Shown here in pieces: positions 56,793 to 64,000 of a DNA stretch of 64,000 nt (positions are counted from its first letter, which is position 1; the number at the start of each line of letters is the position of its first letter). The notes below the pieces were generated by a model. It worked only from the letters and a program-made list of their open reading frames with translations, ran no database searches and was not told where the DNA came from. Source of the stretch: Octopus vulgaris (taxonomy: Eukaryota); NCBI GenBank assembly GCA_951406725.2, contig OX597821.1, forward strand, positions 74,586,001 through 74,650,000, read 5' to 3'. The position numbers and the translations under genes were made by a program.

Positions 56793-57009
56793 ATTATACG
56801 CTTAATGTTTCGGTAAAGAGATGTATTGTAGCATCCGTTGCAATAGTTTATGTTCTGCCGACAACGACAGGGGGTGATACTAGTGCCAAGCCCATTCGTT
56901 CTATGTGGGCGACTATGCCTTCAATAGTCATCGGGAGCGTGAACAGAAGGAACTTGCATTGCACAGGCAAAATACCAGTTTTCCTTGAAAAGGGATCCTG
57001 TCCAGGTCC

Positions 57010-57397
<388 letters not shown>

Positions 57398-57414
57398 ATA
57401 TGTATATATGTATG

Positions 57415-57499
<85 letters not shown>

Positions 57500-57689
57500 A
57501 AAACAACAACAGCACCATCCTCGGAAATCTGGTTTGACCGTGAAGTGCGTGAAAATCTGTTACATTTCGCAATACCAGTATTTAATGGTAATTAAGTTAA
57601 TAGATTTCATATTTTCCCCAATAACTAGACCCTGTCTTCGTCCTCCAACTTTCTCATTATTTTCTTTTTATTATTTCTTATCTAGCTTA

Positions 57690-58085
57690 AGGCGGCGCGC
57701 TGGCTGAGTCGTTAGCACGCTGAACGAAATGCTCAGCGGTATTTCGACTGCCACTACGTTCTGAGTTCAAATTCCGCCGAGATCGACTTTGCCTTTTATC
57801 TTTTCGGGGTTGATTAAATAAGTACCAGTTACGTACTGGGGGCGATGTAATCAACTTAATCCGTTTGTTTGTCCTTGTTTGTTCTTTCTGTGTTTAGCCC
57901 CTTGTGAGTAGTAAAGAAATAGGTATTTTGCCCGTCGCTACGTCCTGAGTTCAAATTTCGCCGAAATCGACTTTATGTTTTATTCTTTCGGTGTTGATAA
58001 ATTAAATACCAGTTGAGTATTAGTTTCGATGCAATCGACTATCCCTCTCCCTTAAATTTCAGGCTTTGTGTCTACAATAGAAAAA
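57690..58085 (+). mobile_element. SINE family A with duplicated core (dimer-like)
   Basis: Head at 57690; the ctacgt.ctgagttcaaatt..gccga unit occurs at ~57754 and ~57938. Confidence 0.85.
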
Positions 58086-59576
58086 AAATATTTCCTATCG
58101 AACCCCACAGTTTAAACCGCGTCAGTCTGCTAGAAATTGCGGCAAAGTATTCCTTTAATTAAGGATTAACGCCTCAAGAAAAAGAAGGACACATTATATC
58201 AAATGGTTCTAGATGCATACTACTTGGGAAAAGACTAGAAGGTCACAGTTTGAATACAATGGTTGATTGGTCCGCGTAGTCAGATCTGAACTGGGGCTAA
58301 ATAACAAGAAACCTCTACAAAGAGAAATGTCCCCTATGGTGTCGCTCAAAATAGATGTCAAATGTTCCTCAAATTACATTCTACCGTCTTAAAAAATGAA
58401 GTACATCCTGGTGAATATAGTCCTCGATATAGAAAAATACAAGATGATGGTCATTTAAGGACATATTCTCGAAGGTCCGCTCACCCGAGGTTGACCACGG
58501 GACAGATTGTAACGAGGCCCAATAAATGTGCCTCGCTATGTTCTCTTATTAAAATGACACAATAATGAAATCCGTTATTAGTAAGAGTTATCACAGAAAA
58601 CTAATGTAAAAATATATTAGATGGATCGTTGATATATAAAGGTTCTGTCTGGATACCTCTTTATATGTACATAATTTACATCAAAATTGTATGAACACAA
58701 ACTAGCGCACTTTCTATCATAAGAGCTTGAATAGTGACCAGAAAGATTCGCGCGGATTAGTGAACAAATTTAGTAGGGATTAAATGCAAGCTGAAAGTGT
58801 GAGTGGTAGAATTTCTTGTTACTGTAAATCTTAATAACAAAAGTCTCTGACATGATATGTGCAACTGCTTCTAAACATTTTCTTCTACATCACCTGTCTA
58901 AGAAAACTGTTTACCTCCAATCAGTGTAATCAAACGTATACAGAAAAGATATCGCCTTTTCAGCTCATCTCTGCGATGTCGCAATATACCTGGGTCACTA
59001 GATCGGTAGATTCAGAGGCTCAAGTATGTGTAAGGACTACCTGTGATATAGTGCTCGGTCCTGACCCGCAGAAGCTGCTTAACAAGAATAATCTTGCACA
59101 TTTGTTTTCGAAACTAACCTACGTTGTGCTTTTTCAACAAATAAACAGGAAAAGATGATTTATAATCCGAAAGCAAAATTCCTGCTGCTATCTAAATATC
59201 AAAAATACAAGGAAATGAATATTTCCCAGCTTGTTTTTGTTTTTAGATGCTGATAGAAAAACCGATAAAACATCATTGTATCTTATTGTGTGTGACTCGT
59301 GATAACGTGGTCAGATTAACCTGACAACAGCCAATCTGTAATAATTCGCTGTGAAACCCTGAAGCTGTAGATGGAAGAACATAAAGTTTAATGACCCAGT
59401 TCTCAAATGAAAGATTTTATCAATGAATATCTTCAGCAAGACTCACAAAAAGCCTCCGGGCACAGATGACTGTCAGTACGTCTGGTTGTATTGTGGAATG
59501 TGTTATTTAGATATTTATTGGTTGATTAATAAAAACTGATAACTTACCTTGAAAACAGCGGAGAAGTACTTTTATT

Positions 59577-59704
59577 CCACAAGCTATAACCTTATTCTGT
59601 ACACTTATAGATACATGTACATACTCAGGTGTATATACACAGGTGTATACACCTGGGTATGTACATGTTTCTATATGTGTATAGAATGAGGTTAAAGCTT
59701 GTGG
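59577..59704. repeat. Palindrome with ~60-bp arms
   Basis: ccacaagctataaccttattct...acatgtacatac is mirrored by gtatgtacatgt...agaatgaggttaaagcttgtgg; caggtgtata is reiterated at the centre and again at ~59713. Confidence 0.85.
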
Positions 59705-61602
59705 TATACACGCAGGTGTATGTTCACAACATGCTGTTGCGCACGAATGATTAATCCGCCTGTTGACCTTAATAAACAGCTCCTAACTCTGTTTCCGTCT
59801 TAATCCCTCAATTGGTAGGTTCGTGTCGTAGCCGAAGCAGTAGAGCACCGTGTTACAATATTTTACCATATTTTATATTGTTTCTCTGTTTTATGTTCAA
59901 ATACCTCTCAGCTTTTAATATACATATAAGAGTATACAAGTATATGAGAGAAATTGTTATAATGTATTAAAACAGCTTGCCTCTTACAGAATGTCACTGA
60001 TGAGGGATAAATATTACCCTTCATTTATGTCAAGTATATCTTTTGAATTCTGTCCCTACATTTCTAAGAAAGTGCTCATTAACGGCACGAAGCATAATAC
60101 ATTGTAGCGAATCGTTCCAAAGACTAATTCTCTCTAAGTTTCAACAAAAGGAGAAATTCCAGCCACCACTGCAAGAGGCTAATCATTTTATTCTGGGACA
60201 CGTACATGAACTCTACATCTCAACAACCAATATTTGGCCACGACATCCGTGCTCTTCCAGTGGGGTATTTGTCAAATTTGAAAGATGTTTTTTGGGGCCG
60301 CAGACGGAAGTATTGCTTTGCTCGCTGGAACGTTGAGACGACCGTCGAAACTGGTCAGCATTCGTGAGAGATATGGTGAACTTGTTGGTCGGAGCCGGCT
60401 CAACCCACCTCGGGAGAATGCTGCCGCAAGTAAAAGTACAGTACTGGGTCATTTAAGGTTTATTTGAGCCATAAACGCGGCACAGTTCAGTGATCAAATA
60501 CAAACAACTAAACTTTAGACTGATTACTCTCCTCCACTCATCCCTAAAGTTACGTATCTCAGCTCAGAAACGCTTTCGTCAATAAATAGATATTTGTCGA
60601 ATAAACAACTGACGTGTGATAAATATTTGTTGTAAACTTAGCCAAGTGTACCAAGGAATCAATTCCAATCGGGTCAGTTTAATAGAGGTGTAGTTACTTT
60701 CACACAACGCTTCATCTACTCACAAAACAAAGTTACCTTCCTTGTTAACTCTGTGGCATTATGAAAACTCACACGCATTACTAACCATCGCTAAACTATA
60801 AACGGACTCAATAAATATCAAACAAAAGACGCAGATACACAAATTAAACGCCTTTCATATGAAAATGGACGCGGTATTCTCTAATCGTATCCATTTCAAA
60901 TTCATGTCTCTCAATATCTTCTTTTATTTTTATGCGGTACAAAATAATAATTTGTGGTTCAACTACGCCAGTTCAGAACCATTCGAGAAGGTGGGAATTA
61001 AGACACACAGTTGACAATAATTTGGCACAGGTAAACACAAAAATACGAAAAGCTACGCGTGCAATACAGGATATGTCCTCACATTCATAAAACAAAAGAT
61101 CCCGTCAAACTTTTTTCCTTTGACGGTGTGAAAAAAATTCATTCCACTTTTGGTGATAGAGAAGTAAATAATTCAATTCCTCTTGAATAAAGTTCTTCGA
61201 CAATGAAATGCCATTTTTCGATACTAAATTCTGCTAAGCTAGATTTTTCTCAGCTAGGCAATTCATGCTCAATGGCTGGTTCTATCAAACAAAATACGAG
61301 TAAACATAAAACAGCTGTCCCCGCGATGGGCGATGCTCAGAATGGACTCGCTTCATAATGACCTGAGTCGACATAACTCCACGAAGCCATTGATGCCCGG
61401 ACATGGAATTAATACCTGATGTTTCCTCACTCTGTATGGATCTTTCAGACTGACCCAACAAACGGTAAATTTGTGGCTGTAGAGTTAATCTCCAACCTCT
61501 TCATGTTTAGGTTAATTTTTTCCATTTTCTTGCCCTTTTTCTCTGCTGCCAACCATTTCCTTTTATTGTTCTTTGGATTACACAAAGAAGGATTCTGTGC
61601 AG

Positions 61603-62280
61603 TTAGCAATGCAGAAGCAGACTAACACCCATCTCTCTCTCATTTGTTTCGAGTAGAACATCGCTTATTTTTGTCACATAACGATGTGACAAAGTCCAAC
61701 CCCACCTCAAAGCGGTAGGGTGGTGTAAACGGGCAGTGTCAGAGCTATGCCATCGGGAACTTCGGTTACTGGTAGGGCTACCCAAGGCGGATTGGTCTGG
61801 CACCGTGGAGGTATTAGGGCCGCAGCCTGGCCAACGGGGCTCTGGTGAAAATTCCAAGAGGCGTCTGATCGGCAACCGGCGGCTTCGAGGTCGTTCTGTC
61901 CCTGCGTCTGTGGAGACTCCGCGGCAAACAGGGCGCCCCGTCACTCGGGATATGCATGCGGGATGTCGGGGACCGCTTGTGAATTCAATATTCCCACGAA
62001 ACTTCATTTTTGTTCGTGATGCCGTTAGGACCAGAGAAGAAGCCAGCTCAACCCACCCTGGGTGAACGCCGTCACAAGTACAAATAAGTACATAACGACG
62101 GGTGTTGTTTTCTTCTAAATGTTGCAAGTCTTCAGTTCCCCGTTTCGAAATCATGTTTGAAAAGCGCAGACTTGGTGTTCCATTCACATTACCAGCGTTT
62201 TTTCTTCTATCAAAGCTTATGTGTATGTATGGAAGTATTCTTGTTGTTTTGCTGCTAAAAATTCGTGTCTTGCCATTCAA
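61603..62280 (-). other. Unassigned 225-codon open frame over a GC/CpG-rich unique segment
   Basis: Non-microsatellite ORF with no recognisable domain; GC-rich core at ~61700-62100. Confidence 0.2.
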
Positions 62281-62620
62281 TAAACATTCTCGATCATTTT
62301 CTCACTGTTTTACTTGTATTTGTTTTCGTTATCTCTGGAAGGCATTTTCTATATTTTTTGTTGAGAAAATTAAGAAGAGAAATTGTCCGGCAGCTTTCCT
62401 TTTTCTCCGTCTGTAACTTATGAGCAGACTTCCAGCACACTTATTGAAAATATAGCTAAGAAGCTATTTTTCATGACTACATTTGAAATTTGGTAGAATC
62501 TAGAGCCTTGAAGATCAAACCACCACGACCACAAACAACAAAAACAACGACAACTACGTAAATAACCACAATAACAATGAAGATATTGTTGATAATAATG
62601 ATTATAGTGTTAAACAAGGC

Positions 62621-62653
<33 letters not shown>

Positions 62654-62654
62654 T

Positions 62655-62860
62655 TCTACTCTAGGTACAGGGTCCGAAACTTTTAGGGAGTGGGACACCA
62701 GTCGATTAGATCGACTCCAGTAAAATTTGATACTTAATTTATCAACCTCGAAAAGATGAAAGGTAAAGTCGACCACGGTGGAATTTGAACTTAGAACGTA
62801 GCGGCAGGCGAAATACGGCTACGCAGTTCACCCAGCGTGCTAACGTTTCTGCCAGCTCAC
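62655..62860 (-). mobile_element. SINE family A between (TAA)n and (CTA)n tracts
   Basis: gaaaagatgaaaggtaaagtcgaccacggtggaatttgaact...ttctgccagctc. Confidence 0.85.
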
Positions 62861-62865
62861 TATCT

Positions 62866-62905
<40 letters not shown>

Positions 62906-62953
62906 GCTGCTACTGCTGCTGCTACTACTACTACTACTAATAATAATAATAGT

Positions 62954-63024
<71 letters not shown>

Positions 63025-63569
63025 CGTTATTATTATTATTATTATATGAAAAATAAGATGAAGAAGAACAACAACAACAACAATACACTGTAAAGTCACA
63101 GATGTTTATGATTTTTATTTTTTCCACCCGTAAAAGCGCCTAGAATCTTACACGTAAAAGTGAAAACAGAAACCCAAGCATTATACGTTTCCCAGGTATT
63201 ATAACATGCTACAACCGGAAACGGATATGTATTTTGGAAATAGTACATAACGTTTATCAACTGATAGTGTTGAACTTAATTGCTAGTTTCCATGTTTCTC
63301 AGAAATCTTCAGTCAGCATGTTACTGCAGTAGAGAGGCACCGCTTAATCGATAATTCTACTGTAATTATAGTTTAGGAGAGAATCGTAAATAACGATGAC
63401 GAATTTCATCGATTATCTCAGAATTACTTACCTACATAAATCTTATCATCATTTTCACCTGACCCGGCCTCCTTCCCCCTCCATCCCTTTATAATTTTCG
63501 CTTCCTTTGCCCCCCTCTCTCTGTTTCTATATAATCTCCCCATATTTTTTCCTCTTCCTCTCTCACTCA

Positions 63570-63620
<51 letters not shown>

Positions 63621-64000
63621 GCCCTCTCTCTAGTAAGAGGAAATGGATTAATTGAAAAGAAAGAGGTTGATATTTTTGCGTTTAGGGAAGGAGAAAATCA
63701 GGGATATATTTAAATAAGAAATAGATAGAAGGGAGCCAGATAGGGAAAGAGAGTGTGAGAGAGAGAGCGGGGGAGAGTATTTTAGAAAAGAAGAAAGAGG
63801 GAGAAAAGATGCAATTAAACGGAAAATTACCTGTGGGGAAAATCGTTATATAAAATATCTGATTTTCAATTCGATCTAATAATTGGTGAATATATTTTTT
63901 TCGATGAAATTCACAAGGCTTGCTCTATAATAAATAAATAAATCAATATTTGATTCCGATTTACAAAAAGAAGAAAAAAAAAGTGGTTTGCCAGTTTATT

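Noticed and set aside
59996-60030. CTGATGA followed by a hairpin
   Set aside because: No GAAA box after the stem.
63480-63820. CT-rich then GA-rich block as a promoter or inverted repeat
   Set aside because: Complementarity is low-complexity only, and there is no transcription-start evidence.

Overview
AT-rich, microsatellite-saturated animal DNA. The SINE families, palindromic repeats and density of (TA)n/(CA)n/(ATCT)n/(TAA)n tracts point to a coleoid cephalopod, probably Octopus (inference from recall, not a database result). No complete host protein-coding gene can be supported, and most ORFs in the track are translated microsatellites. The window holds many mobile elements: two near-identical young CR1-like LINE copies in inverted orientation (19.4-21.8 kb +, 45.4-46.5 kb -), R4/Dong-type REL-endonuclease LINEs in (TAA)n tracts, two Hero/NeSL-like LINE 3' ends (one bounded by a 13-bp TSD), a decayed Gypsy LTR element, a mariner foldback derivative, a non-autonomous Helitron, a Penelope GIY-YIG remnant and at least three tRNA-derived SINE families. 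The most striking unexplained signal is a set of about 7 type I hammerhead-ribozyme motifs (CUGAnGA / stem II / GAAA / NUH) in roughly five apparently unrelated short non-coding repeat contexts, two of them palindromic elements. Many long inverted repeats also occur, including a 266-bp spacer-less palindrome and a 45-bp templated inverted insertion. A few splice-like signals suggest a possible minus-strand transcript, but this is weak.
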